From: Ranitomeya imitator
Lineage: Eukaryota
NCBI RefSeq assembly: GCF_032444005.1
Contig: NC_091288.1
Location: 168,516,001-168,580,000, forward strand
Reading direction: 5' to 3'
Length of the DNA stretch: 64,000 nucleotides
Numbering within the stretch: the first letter of the stretch is position 1; each line of letters opens with the position of its first letter. Both the position numbers and the translations under genes were made by a program. Shown piece by piece: positions 35,849 through 46,915 of the stretch. The notes below the pieces were generated by a model, which worked only from the letters and a program-made list of their open reading frames with translations, was not told where the DNA came from and did no database searches.

Positions 35849-37545
35849 AGGGTTTATACAGGACCATTTTTTTTACTATGGGCATAAAAACTAAATTTTT
35901 AACTGCCGTATATACTCGAGTATAAGCCGACCCGAGTATAAGCGGAGACCCCTAATTTTGCCACAAAAAACTGGGAAAACTTATTGACTCGAGTATAAGC
36001 CTAGGGTGGGAAATGCAGAAACTACTGGTAAATTTCAAAAATAAAAATACATACCAATAAAAGTATAATTAATTAAGACATCAGAAGGTTAAGTGTTTTT
36101 AAAGATCCATATTGAATCAGGAGCCCCATATAATGCTCCATACAGTTCATGATGGGCCCCATAAGATGCTCCATACAAAATACGCCCCATATAATGCTTC
36201 ATAAATTCATGATGGCCCCATAAGATGCTCCATGTTAAAATATGCCCCATATAATGCTGCACAAAGGTTAATAATGGCCCCATAAGATGCTCCATATTAC
36301 AATATGCCCAATATAATGCTGCATAAAAGGTTAATGATGGCCCCATAAGATGCTCCATAGAATAATATGCCCCATATGCTGCTCCATAAAGGTTGATGAC
36401 CCCATAAGATGCTCCATAGTATAATATGTCCCATAAAATGCTCCATAAAAGTTGATGGCCCCATAAGATGCTCCATAGAATAATATAACCCCATATGCTG
36501 CTGCTGTGATTAAAAAAAGACATGCTCACCCCTCGTTGCTTGGGGCCAGGTGCCGGAGTTGCCGCTGGCTCAGGCCCCCGGCACTTGTGATATTCACCTG
36601 TCCCCCTTCCACCTCCATGCTCCGCTGTGTCTTCCGGGTCTCTGCAGTGACTGTTCAGGGAGAGCGCATGCACTAAACATGTCATCGCACCCTCTGACCT
36701 GAATGTCACAGCCAGAGGATGCGGAAGACACAGTCAGGTGATGGAACTGGGACAGGTGAATAACGCATGATTCACCCTCTCCTGTCATATTCACCCCCTC
36801 CTAGTGCGGTCTTTGCTTCTCAGATGGTCTTGGCACTGGCAGCTCTTCCTGTGTTCAGCAGTCACATGGTACTGCTCATTAAAGTCATAAATATGTTTTT
36901 CACACCCATGGGAGTAGAGTCGCATCCATATTCATTACTTTAATGAGCGGTACCATGTGACTGCTGAACACAGGAAGAGCTGCCGGCACCGAGACTATCT
37001 TGAGAACCAGGGACATGCAGAGACAGCGCCAGGATGGATGAGTATGATGTGACAGCCGCCACTCCTGCCTCTCCCCATCCCCCACCAACCCCCTTGGACA
37101 ATGACTCAAATATAAGACGAGAGGGGCACTTTCAACCTAAAAAAATGGGCTGAAAATCTCGGCTTATACTCGAGTATATAAGGTAGTTGCTATCTAACTG
37201 CCTGTTGTGTTTGCTGCGTATCTCTACAGACACAGAGTGATCACAGACCACTCCTGCGGTCGATTCAGCAGCTTCTGCTTTTTCAAATTGTCAAAGAAAA
37301 AGCTTCTCCTTCACTTTGTTCTTCTTAACTGTGTGGAGCCAGCTGTGAATCATCATGACGTTGGCTATCACACCCCATTGACAGAGCAGCCCGGAGTTGG
37401 AGAGGTGCTTTGCTGACATTGAGCAGCTGAATCGCCAACAGGAGTGAACGACGACTGCTATGAGAAAGCACCAGTTACAAAAGGCAAGTAACTGTCTATT
37501 AGTTGTGAGGCCCATAGTAAAAAAAAATGGTCCTGGAAAAACTCT
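35849..37545. mobile_element. T2/Kolobok-type MITE (TTAA TSD) hosting a Tc2/pogo-like MITE
   Basis: AGGGTTTATACAGGACCATTTTTTTTACTATGGGC and its near-reverse complement at 37510-37545; TTAA on both sides. Confidence 0.8.
35906..37183. mobile_element. Tc2/pogo-like MITE with internal ~55-60-bp tandem repeats (36125-36500)
   Basis: TIR CCGTATATACTCGAGTATAAGCCGA; repeats of GCCCCATAAGATGCTCCATA. Confidence 0.75.
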
Positions 37546-39153
37546 TTAATGTGATTAACTTAGCATTGTTATAAGTGATTCCATGAGAATCGGTGAAACA
37601 AATAGCAGAATGCACCATTTTTACAGAGATGTTCTCAAATAGAAACATTACTGGTATGCCATCTACATTAGACCTCATAACATTAATTCTACAGAAACCC
37701 CCATACCTCATATTCCATGGCAATCACATATACTTTATAATAACCTTCAGATATTATTCCCCTATTTTACAACTTAGATTTATTGGCCTTAAGTGGTTTA
37801 AGAAAAAAATCTATATATTCATCTCCCAAATCGGTGTCACTAGCATCAACATCTGGGGGTAGCATCATGTGACTGCTGAAAACAGTCTGGGAGATGAGTT
37901 GCTTTCATAAAGGGAATCTGTCATGTAAAATAACGCTATTATCCTGCAGATATGGAGTTAATGTGCAGACTAACAGTGTTCTAACACCGTACGGCACCTG
38001 CACTGAGAGTCCCACAGCAGAGAGAAATTAACCTTACTCCCTGTGGCCACAGGGGCGGCACCAGCATGGTTTCAGTCACAGCTCAGTGTATAGAGACCAG
38101 TGGCTACAACCGCATGCCCAGCACTAACTTACAACTGGATCTCATGATGTTCCTGCTGTCAGTCAGTGCTGGGGGTGCCAGCCACCGCTTTTTATGCACA
38201 GAAAGGTGACTGAAACTGTGCCGACACCACCCCTATCTGAAAGAGCTTGACTGCCGGGGGAGATAAAGTTAAATTCCTCCTGACTGCTATCTATCTCTTA
38301 GATCTATTAATAATTCAAATGTACTTTGCTCATGGGTAAACCCTTTTAGTATATGTTGCAAACGAGGGGTACAACCACAGTAAACCATATAGTCAATGTA
38401 AAGTTAACACATAAAAATAGATTTCCTTATGTGAAACCCAGCAAAAAAAATATTTTTAACAGTCTTGTCAGTATGTGGTATATATTTTATGTACTGTATA
38501 AACTTTATCTCGCCCATACAAAAACATTGCAAGTTATAATTTAATGTAGAAAATTTCAACTTTCTCTTTGCAACCGCAGTCCTGTAGATTTTTACGGGAG
38601 TAGATCAGCCATACTTTCCAATCCAAAACTGACATGAAATTAGTAAAACGTTTTTATATTACAAAGTGACTGAAAGAACATCATGATAATAGAAAACTAG
38701 TGTGATGTCACAAGACTTGACGTTCCTTCTGGTACCACCATATGGAGTGTCCAATAATTCAATGGTCCACTGCTTAATGCCTTCGAGTGAATGGTGACAG
38801 ATTGTGCAGCAGGAATTCTGCGGTTCACACGCATATCGTGCCAGGAGACAGCAAACTATAAATTTACTATACTATATATGTCCAGTAGATAATTAGATTT
38901 AAGGGGATGCTTTCTTATCTACAAGTATAACATTCTTTTCTTGACACTTTTACATAAGGCCACTGCGGACCAATGACAAACTGCAAGTTCTTTATTATTC
39001 TATACTTCTATACATACACAGTAAACATTTGAATTTTCATAGAGTTACATTTCTTATTAAAAATAGACTTCCTATGAAAATGTAAAAAAGACCATATGTT
39101 TGGCATCAGAATCTATAACACTAACACTGGCCAGTTTGTTTAGTTAAAACTAG

Positions 39154-41157
39154 AGATGAGCAGAGAGATTTGTGAAAGATCAAATTTGAGTTGAATTTCC
39201 TAAAATTTCATGCATCAAGAGAAACTCTAACACTTCCGGTGATTGTGTCGCTCTCCCACAATCCACTGCGGATGAACTGAGCCTCCACAACTGACAAAAA
39301 TGGCTCCGCTATTCTGTCGGGAGATCAGCGGCGCTAGCCAGCTAGCTGCGGCTATTTTCTCGCTGCAGGTAGGTCAGCAGTGATGCAGCTGGGACATGAG
39401 CAGCACCAGCCGCTCATCTCCCGGCTGCTCGCATCGGAACTATGCCGACGGCCATATTGGAACAACCAAGTTATGGGTATTCCGATATGGCAGCCGGGAT
39501 TCATATCCCCCATCAAGTCGCGTGGCACCGCTCATTGGCTGAGCGCCACGGGATACAACTCCCCCACCCCGCCAGCTGAGCCAATGAGTGTTGCCATGCG
39601 GGATTTGAATCCCCGCCAAGCTGCGCAGCCCTGCTCATTGGCTTATCACCCCTGGCCTCAGTCAATGAGTGGCATTGGATTAAAATCCCCTGCCAAAGTC
39701 GCACGGCTCCAGTCATTGGCTGAGCCACCCGCCGGCTGAGGTTTGGCAGGGGATTCAAATACCGCGTGGCACCGCTTATTGGCTCAGCCGGAGGGCGGCT
39801 CAGCCAATGAGTGGTGCTGCGTGGCTTTGGCACGGGATTCAAATCTCCCGCCAAAGCTGCGCTGCACCGCTCATTGGCTGAGCTGCCAGCAGCTAAGCCA
39901 ATGAGCGGAATGGGATTTGAATCTTGTGAGACACTGCTCATTGGCTCAGCCAGCAGGTGGCTCAGACAATGAGCAGTGCTGCATGGCTTTGGCAGGGGAT
40001 TCAAATCCCATGCTGCACCACTCATTGGCTCAGCCGGCGGGGCAGAGGATTTGAATCCCACGCTGCTCAAAGCTGCATGGCACCGCTCATTGGCTGAGCT
40101 GCCGTCGGCTGAACCAATGAACGGTGTGGGATTCAAATCCCCGTCAAAGCCGCACGGCACAGCTCATTGGCAGAGCCATCCACCAGCTGAGCCAATGAGC
40201 GGCGCAGGATTCAAATCCCCTGCCCCGCCGGCTCAGCCAATGAGCAGTCCCGCTTGGGGTTTTAATCCCCCACGAAAGCCGCGTGGCCAGGGGTGGCTCA
40301 GCCAATGAGCAGCTCGGGATTCAAATCCAACTCCAAAGCTACGTGGCTCCACTCATTGGCTGAGCCGCCCGCCGGCTGAGGTTTGGTGGGGGATTCAAAT
40401 ACCACACAGCACCGCTCATTGGCTCAGCCAGCGGGCGGCTCAGCCAATGAGCAGTGCCGCGCGGCTTTGGCGCAGAATTCAAATCCCCCGCCAAAGCCTT
40501 GTGGCACAGCTCATTGGCTGAGCTGCTGGTGGCTGAGCCAATGAGCAGCGTGGGATTCAAATCCCGCATGGCACCACTCATTGGCTCAGCTGGCAGGCGG
40601 CTGAGCCAATGAGTGGTGCCGCATGGCTTTGGCGGGCATTCAAATCCCATGCGACACTGCTCATTGGCTCAGCCGGCGGTACAGGGGATTTGAATCCCAC
40701 GCCGCTCATTGGCTGAGCTGCCGCCAGCTGAGCCAATGAGCAGTGCGGGATTCAAAGCCCCTGCCAAAGCGTCACGGCACCGCTCATTGGCTGAGCCACC
40801 CACAGACTGAGCCAATGAGCGGCACGGGATTCAAATCCCCCACCCCGCCAGCTGAGCCAATGGACAGTGCCACGTGGGATTTGAATCCCCCACCAAAGCT
40901 ACGTGGCACCTCTCATTGGCTGAGCTGCCTGCTGGCTGAGCCAATGAGCGGTGCCGCACAAGATTAAAATCCCCCGCCAAGACGTGCGACACCACTCATT
41001 GGCTGAGCAGTGCCGTGTGGCTTTGGCAGGGGAATTGAATCCCACGCCACTCATTGGCTCAGCCGCCAGCAGCTCAGCCAATGAGCTGTGCCACAAGGCT
41101 TTGGCGGGGGATTTGAATTCCGTGCCAAAGCCGCTCGGCACAGCTCATTGGCTGAGG
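39154..41157. repeat. hAT-type MITE left end (TAGAGATGAGC) followed by a 1.6-kb array of CCAAT and GGGATTYRAATCCC palindromic modules, cut off by the Gypsy LTR
   Basis: About 35 GCTCATTGGCTGAGC / GCTCAGCCAATGAGC units in both orientations, 39530-41157. Confidence 0.8.
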
Positions 41158-41161
41158 TATG

Positions 41162-44100
41162 TGTTATGTTTGCTAATGACAGGTGTTATGAAGGCAATCC
41201 AGAAACACAGTGTGCTTAGCGATCAGAGCGCACACAGTGATCTGACAAATACCCAAAAATACAAGAACGAGCTCTGAGACGTGGAAACTCTGTAGATTGC
41301 ACACCTGATCCTATCCTAAACACAACTAAAAGCGGCTGTGGATTGCGCCTAACAACTACCTAGGCAACTCGGCACAGCCTAAGAAACTAGCTAGCCTGAA
41401 GATAGAAAAATAGGCCTGACTTGCCCCAGAGAAATTCCCCAAAGGAAAAGGCAGCCCCCCACATATAATGACTGTGAGTAAGATGAAAAGACAAAACGTA
41501 GGGATGAAATAGATTCAGCAAAGTGGGGCCCGATATTCTAGGACAGAGCGAGGACAGTAAAGCGAACTTTGCAGTCTACAAAAAACCCTAAAGCAAAACC
41601 ACGCAAAGGGGGCAAAAAAACCCACCGTGCCGAACTAACGGCACGGCGGTACACCCTTTGCGTCTCAGAGCTTCCAGCAAAACAAAAGACAAGCTGGACA
41701 GAAAAAAGCAACAAAAAAGCAAAAGGCACTTAGCTATACAGAGCAGCAGGTCACAGGAACAATCAGGAGAAGCTCAGATCCAACACTGAAACATTGACAA
41801 GGAGCAAGGATAGCAGCATCAGGCGGAGTTAAGTAATGAAGCAGTTAACGAGCTCACCAGAACACCTGAGGGAGGAAGCTCAGAAGCTGCAGTACCACTT
41901 GTGACCACAGGAGTGAATTCAGCCACAGAATTCACAACAGTACCCCCCCCTTGAGGAGGGGTCACCGAACCCTCACCAGAGCCCCCAGGCCGACCAGGAT
42001 GAGCCGCATGAAAGGCACGAACAAGATCGGAAGCATGAACATCAGAGGCAAAAACCCAGGAATTATCTTCCTGAGCATAACCCTTCCATTTAACCAAATA
42101 CTGGAGTTTCCGTCTAGAAACACGAGAATCCAAAATCTTCTCCACAATATACTCCAATTCCCCCTCCACCAAAACCGGGGCAGGAGGCTCAACAGATGGA
42201 ACCATAGGTGCCACGTATCTCCGCAACAATGACCTATGGAATACATTATGTATGGAAAAGGAGTCTGGGAGGGTCAAACGAAAAGACACAGGATTGAGAA
42301 CCTCAGAAATCCTATATGGACCAATAAAACGAGGTTTAAATTTAGGAGAGGAAACCTTCATAGGAATATGACGAGAAGATAACCAAACCAGATCCCCAAC
42401 ACGAAGTCGGGGACCCATACGGCGTCTGCGATTAGCGAAAAGTTGAGCTTTCTCTTGGGACAAGATCAAATTGTCCACTACCTGAGTCCAGATCTCCTGC
42501 AACCTATCCACCACAGAATCCACACCAGGACAGTCCGAAGACTCAACCTGTCCTGAAGAGAAACGAGGATGGAACCCAGAATTGCAAAAAAATGGAGAAA
42601 CCAAGGTAGCCGAGCTGGCCCGATTATTAAGGGCGAACTCAGCCAACGGCAAAAAGGACACCCAATCATCCTGGTCTGCAGAAACAAAACATCTCAGATA
42701 TGTTTCCAAGGTCTGATTGGTTCGTTCGGTCTGGCCATTAGTCTGAGGATGGAAAGCCGAGGAAAAGGATAGGTCAATGCCCATCCTACCACAAAAGGCT
42801 CGCCAAAACCTTGAAACAAACTGGGAACCTCTGTCAGAAACAATATTCTCAGGAATGCCATGCAACCGAACCACATGCTGAAAGAACAAAGGTACCAAAT
42901 CAGAGGAGGAAGGCAATTTAGCCAAGGGCACCAGATGGACCATTTTAGAAAAGCGATCACAGACCACCCAAATGACTGACATCTTTTGAGAAACGGGAAG
43001 GTCAGAAATGAAATCCATCGAAATATGTGTCCAAGGCCTCTTTGGGACCGGCAAGGGCAAAAGCAACCCACTGGCACGAGAACAGCAGGGCTTAGCCCTA
43101 GCACAAATCCCACAGGACTGCACAAAAGTACGTACATCCCGTGACAGAGATGGCCACCAGAAGGATCTAGCCACTAACTCTCTGGTACCAAAGATTCCAG
43201 GATGACCAGCCAACACCGAACAATGAAGTTCAGAGATAAGTTTATTAGTCCACCTATCAGGGACGAACAGTTTCTCTGCTGGACAACGATCAGGTTTATT
43301 CGCCTGAAATTTTTGCAGCACCCGCCGCAAATCAGGGGAGATGGCAGACACAATGACTCCTTCCTTGAGGATACCCGCTGGCTCAGATAAACCCGGAGAG
43401 TCGGGCACAAAACTCCTAGACAGAGCATCCGCCTTCACATTTTTAGAGCCCGGAAGGTACGAAATCACAAAGTCGAAGCGGGCAAAAAATAACGACCAAC
43501 GGGCCTGTCTAGGATTCAAGCGCTTGGCAGACTCGAGATAAGTCAAGTTCTTATGATCAGTCAATACCACCACGCGATGCTTAGCTCCTTCAAGCCAATG
43601 ACGCCACTCCTCGAATGCCCACTTCATGGCCAGCAACTCTCGATTGCCCACATCATAATTACGCTCAGCGGGCGAAAACTTCCTGGAAAAGAAAGCACAT
43701 GGTTTCATCACTGAGCAATCAGAACCTCTCTGTGACAAAACCGCCCCTGCTCCAATCTCAGAAGCATCAACCTCGACCTGGAACGGAAGAGAAACATCTG
43801 GCTGACACAACACAGGGGCAGAACAAAAACGACGCTTCAACTCCTGAAAAGCTTCCACAGCAGCAGAAGACCAATTAACCAAATCAGCACCCTTCTTGGT
43901 CAAATCGGTCAATGGTTTGGCAATGCTAGAAAAATTACAGATGAAGCGACGATAAAAATTAGCAAAGCCCAGGAACTTTTGCAGACTTTTCAGAGATGTC
44001 GGCTGAATCCAATCCTGGATGGCTTGGACCTTAACTGGATCCATCTCGATAGTAGAAGGGGTAAAGATGAACCCTAAAAATGAAACTTTCTGCACACCGA

Positions 44101-46915
44101 AGAGACACTTTGATCCCTTCACAAACAAAGAGTTAGCACGCAGGACCTGAAAAACCATTCTGACCTGCTTCACATGAGACTCCCAATCATCTGAGAAGAT
44201 CAAAATGTCATCCAAGTAAACAATCAGGAATTTATCCAGATACTCACGGAAGATGTCATGCATAAAAGACTGAAACACAGATGGAGCATTGGCAAGTCCG
44301 AACGGCATCACTAGATACTCAAAATGACCCTCGGGCGTATTGAATGCAGTTTTCCATTCATCCCCTTGCCTGATTCTCACCAGATTATACGCACCACGAA
44401 GATCTATCTTAGTGAACCAACTAGCCCCCTTAATCCGAGCAAACAAGTCAGATAACAATGGCAAGGGATACTGAAATTTAACAGTGATCTTATTAAGAAG
44501 GCGGTAATCAATACACGGTCTCAGCGAACCATCCTTCTTGGCTACAAAGAAGAACCCTGCTCCCAGTGGTGATGACGATGGGCGAATATGTCCCTTCTCC
44601 AGGGATTCCTTCACATAACTGCGCATAGCGGCGTGTTCGGGCACGAATAAATTAAATAATCGACCTTTAGGGAATTTACTACCAGGAATCAAATTGATAG
44701 CACAATCACAATCCCTATGCGGAGGTAGAGCATCGGACTTGGGCTCTTCAAATACATCCTGATAATCAGACAAGAACTCTGGGACCTCAGAAGGGGTGGA
44801 TGACGAAATCGACAAAAATGGAACATCACCATGTACCCCCTGACAACCCCAGCTGGATACCGACATGGAATTCCAATCCAATACTGGATTATGGGTTTGT
44901 AGCCATGGCAACCCCAACACGACCACATCATGCAGATTATGCAACACCAGAAAGCGAATAACTTCCTGATGTGCAGGAGCCATGCACATGGTCAGCTGGG
45001 CCCAGTATTGAGGTTTATTCTTGGCCAAAGGTGTAGCATCAATTCCTCTCAATGGAATAGGACACCGCAAAGGCTCCAAGAAAAACCCACAACGTTTAGC
45101 ATAATCCAAATCCATCAGATTCAGGGCAGCGCCCGAATCCACAAACGCCATGACAGAAAACGACGACAAAGAGCATATCAAGGTAATGGACAGAAGGAAT
45201 TTGGACTGTACAGTACCAATGACGGCAGACCTAGCGGACCGCTTAGTGCGCTTAGGACAATCAGAAATAGCATGAGTGGAATCACCACAGTAGAAACACA
45301 GACCATTCAGACGTCTGTATTCCTGCCTTTCAACTCTGGTCATAGTCCTATCGCACTGCATAGGCTTAGGTTTAACCTCAGGCAGTACCGCCAAATGGTG
45401 CACAGATTTACGCTCACGCAAGCGTCGACCGATCTGAATGGCCAAAGACAAAGACTCATTCAAACCAGCAGGCATAGGAAATCCCACCATGACATCCTTA
45501 AGAGCCTCAGAGAGACCCTTTCTGAACAAAGCTGCCAGCGCAGATTCATTCCACTGAGTGAGTACTGACCATTTCCTAAATTTCTGACAATATACTTCTA
45601 TCTCATCCTGACCCTGGCACAAAGCCAGCAAATTTTTCTCAGCCTGATCCACTGAATTAGGCTCATCGTACAGCAATCCGAGCGCCAGGAAAAACGCATC
45701 GACACTACTCAATGCAGGGTCTCCTGGCGCAAGAGAAAATGCCCAGTCTTGAGGGTCGCCGCGCAAAAAAGAAATAATAATCAAAACCTGTTGAATAGGA
45801 TTACCAGAAGAATGAGGTTTCAAGGCCAGAAATAGCTTACAATTATTTTTGAAACTTAGAAACTTAGTTCTATCTCCAAAAAACAAATCAGGAATAGGAA
45901 TTCTTGGTTCTAACATAGATTTCTGATCAATAGTATCTTGAATTTTTTGTACATTTATAACGAGATTATCCATTGAAGAGCACAGACCCTGAATATCCAT
46001 GTCCACACCTGTGTCCAGAATCACCCAAATGTCTAGGGGAAAAAAAAAAGTGAACACAGAGCAGAAAAAAAAAAAAAATGATGTCAGAACTTTTCCTTTC
46101 CCTCTATTGAGAATCATTAGTTGGCTCCTTGTACTGTTATGTTTGCTAATGACAGGTGTTATGAAGGCAATCCAGAAACACAGTGTGCTTAGCGATCAGA
46201 GCGCACACAGTGATCTGACAAATACCCAAAAATACAAGAACGAGCTCTGAGACGTGGAAACTCTGTAGACTGCACACCTGATCCTATCCTAAACACAACT
46301 AAAAGCGGCTGTGGATTGCGCCTAACAACTACCTAGGCAACTCGGCACAGCCTAAGAAACTAGCTAGCCTGAAGATAGAAAAATAGGCCTGACTTGCCCC
46401 AGAGAAATTCCCCAAAGGAAAAGGCAGCCCCCCCACATATAATGACTGTGAGTAAGATGAAAAGACAAAACGTAGGGATGAAATAGATTCAGCAAAGTGG
46501 GGCCCGATATTCTAGGACAGAGCGAGGACAGTAAAGCGAACTTTGCAGTCTACAAAAAACCCTAAAGCAAAACCACGCAAAGGGGGCAAAAAAAACCCCA
46601 CCGTGCCGAACTAACAGCACGGCGGTACACCCTTTGCGTCTCTGAGCTTCCAGCAAAACAAAAGACAAGCTGGACAGAAAAAAGCAACAAAAAAGCAAAA
46701 AGCACTTAGCTATACAGAGCAGCAGGTCACAGGAACAATCAGGAGAAGCTCAGATCCAACACTGAAACATTGACAAGGAGCAAGGATAGCAGCATCAGGC
46801 GGAGTTAAGTAATGAAGCAGTTAACGAGCTCACCAGAACACCTGAGGGAGGAAGCTCAGAAGCTGCAGTACCACTTGTGACCACAGGAGTGAATTCAGCC
46901 ACAGAATTCACAACA
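41162..46915 (-). mobile_element. Full-length Ty3/Gypsy chromovirus (Tf1/sushi-like) LTR retrotransposon
   Basis: LTRs 41162-41939 (778 bp) and 46135-46915 (781 bp), TGTT...AACA termini, 4 substitutions + 3 homopolymer indels; PPT AAGGGGGGGG at 41943-41952. Confidence 0.97.
41819..46000 (-). CDS. Single-ORF Gag-Pol polyprotein (gag, CCHC, protease, RT, RNase H, integrase, chromodomain)
   Basis: CFYCGDSTHAISDC; FVDSGA; YLDDIL; EVDASE; HHCC region (..H..VLAGHPG..CGIC); ISMDF / SDRG / TERTNQ; EYIVEKILDSR..QYLVKWKGY..NSW. Likely start is MDIQG at 46000; an in-frame ATG also lies at 46117. Confidence 0.95.
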   Translation of the reverse strand: MDIQGLCSSMDNLVINVQKIQDTIDQKSMLEPRIPIPDLFFGDRTKFLSFKNNCKLFLALKPHSSGNPIQQVLIIISFLRGDPQDWAFSLAPGDPALSSVDAFFLALGLLYDEPNSVDQAEKNLLALCQGQDEIEVYCQKFRKWSVLTQWNESALAALFRKGLSEALKDVMVGFPMPAGLNESLSLAIQIGRRLRERKSVHHLAVLPEVKPKPMQCDRTMTRVERQEYRRLNGLCFYCGDSTHAISDCPKRTKRSARSAVIGTVQSKFLLSITLICSLSSFSVMAFVDSGAALNLMDLDYAKRCGFFLEPLRCPIPLRGIDATPLAKNKPQYWAQLTMCMAPAHQEVIRFLVLHNLHDVVVLGLPWLQTHNPVLDWNSMSVSSWGCQGVHGDVPFLSISSSTPSEVPEFLSDYQDVFEEPKSDALPPHRDCDCAINLIPGSKFPKGRLFNLFVPEHAAMRSYVKESLEKGHIRPSSSPLGAGFFFVAKKDGSLRPCIDYRLLNKITVKFQYPLPLLSDLFARIKGASWFTKIDLRGAYNLVRIRQGDEWKTAFNTPEGHFEYLVMPFGLANAPSVFQSFMHDIFREYLDKFLIVYLDDILIFSDDWESHVKQVRMVFQVLRANSLFVKGSKCLFGVQKVSFLGFIFTPSTIEMDPVKVQAIQDWIQPTSLKSLQKFLGFANFYRRFICNFSSIAKPLTDLTKKGADLVNWSSAAVEAFQELKRRFCSAPVLCQPDVSLPFQVEVDASEIGAGAVLSQRGSDCSVMKPCAFFSRKFSPAERNYDVGNRELLAMKWAFEEWRHWLEGAKHRVVVLTDHKNLTYLESAKRLNPRQARWSLFFARFDFVISYLPGSKNVKADALSRSFVPDSPGLSEPAGILKEGVIVSAISPDLRRVLQKFQANKPDRCPAEKLFVPDRWTNKLISELHCSVLAGHPGIFGTRELVARSFWWPSLSRDVRTFVQSCGICARAKPCCSRASGLLLPLPVPKRPWTHISMDFISDLPVSQKMSVIWVVCDRFSKMVHLVPLAKLPSSSDLVPLFFQHVVRLHGIPENIVSDRGSQFVSRFWRAFCGRMGIDLSFSSAFHPQTNGQTERTNQTLETYLRCFVSADQDDWVSFLPLAEFALNNRASSATLVSPFFCNSGFHPRFSSGQVESSDCPGVDSVVDRLQEIWTQVVDNLILSQEKAQLFANRRRRMGPRLRVGDLVWLSSRHIPMKVSSPKFKPRFIGPYRISEVLNPVSFRLTLPDSFSIHNVFHRSLLRRYVAPMVPSVEPPAPVLVEGELEYIVEKILDSRVSRRKLQYLVKWKGYAQEDNSWVFASDVHASDLVRAFHAAHPGRPGGSGEGSVTPPQGGGTVVNSVAEFTPVVTSGTAASELPPSGVLVSSLTASLLNSA

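Noticed and set aside
36089-36709. 206-aa and neighbouring ORFs with YGASYG repeats
   Set aside because: They arise from the internal tandem repeat of a MITE.
39590-41050. GGATTCAAATCC as Pol III B-box / tRNA T-arm copies
   Set aside because: Mismatch at the conserved GTTC, no A boxes and no cloverleaf; better explained as a palindromic module.
39380-41277. Several 100-215-aa ORFs on both strands
   Set aside because: They are translations of the stop-poor palindromic CCAAT array and are not protein-like.
41951-45568. Plus-strand ORFs antisense to Gypsy pol (e.g. 44930..45568, 212 aa)
   Set aside because: Typical shadow ORFs of a coding strand, with no recognisable motifs.
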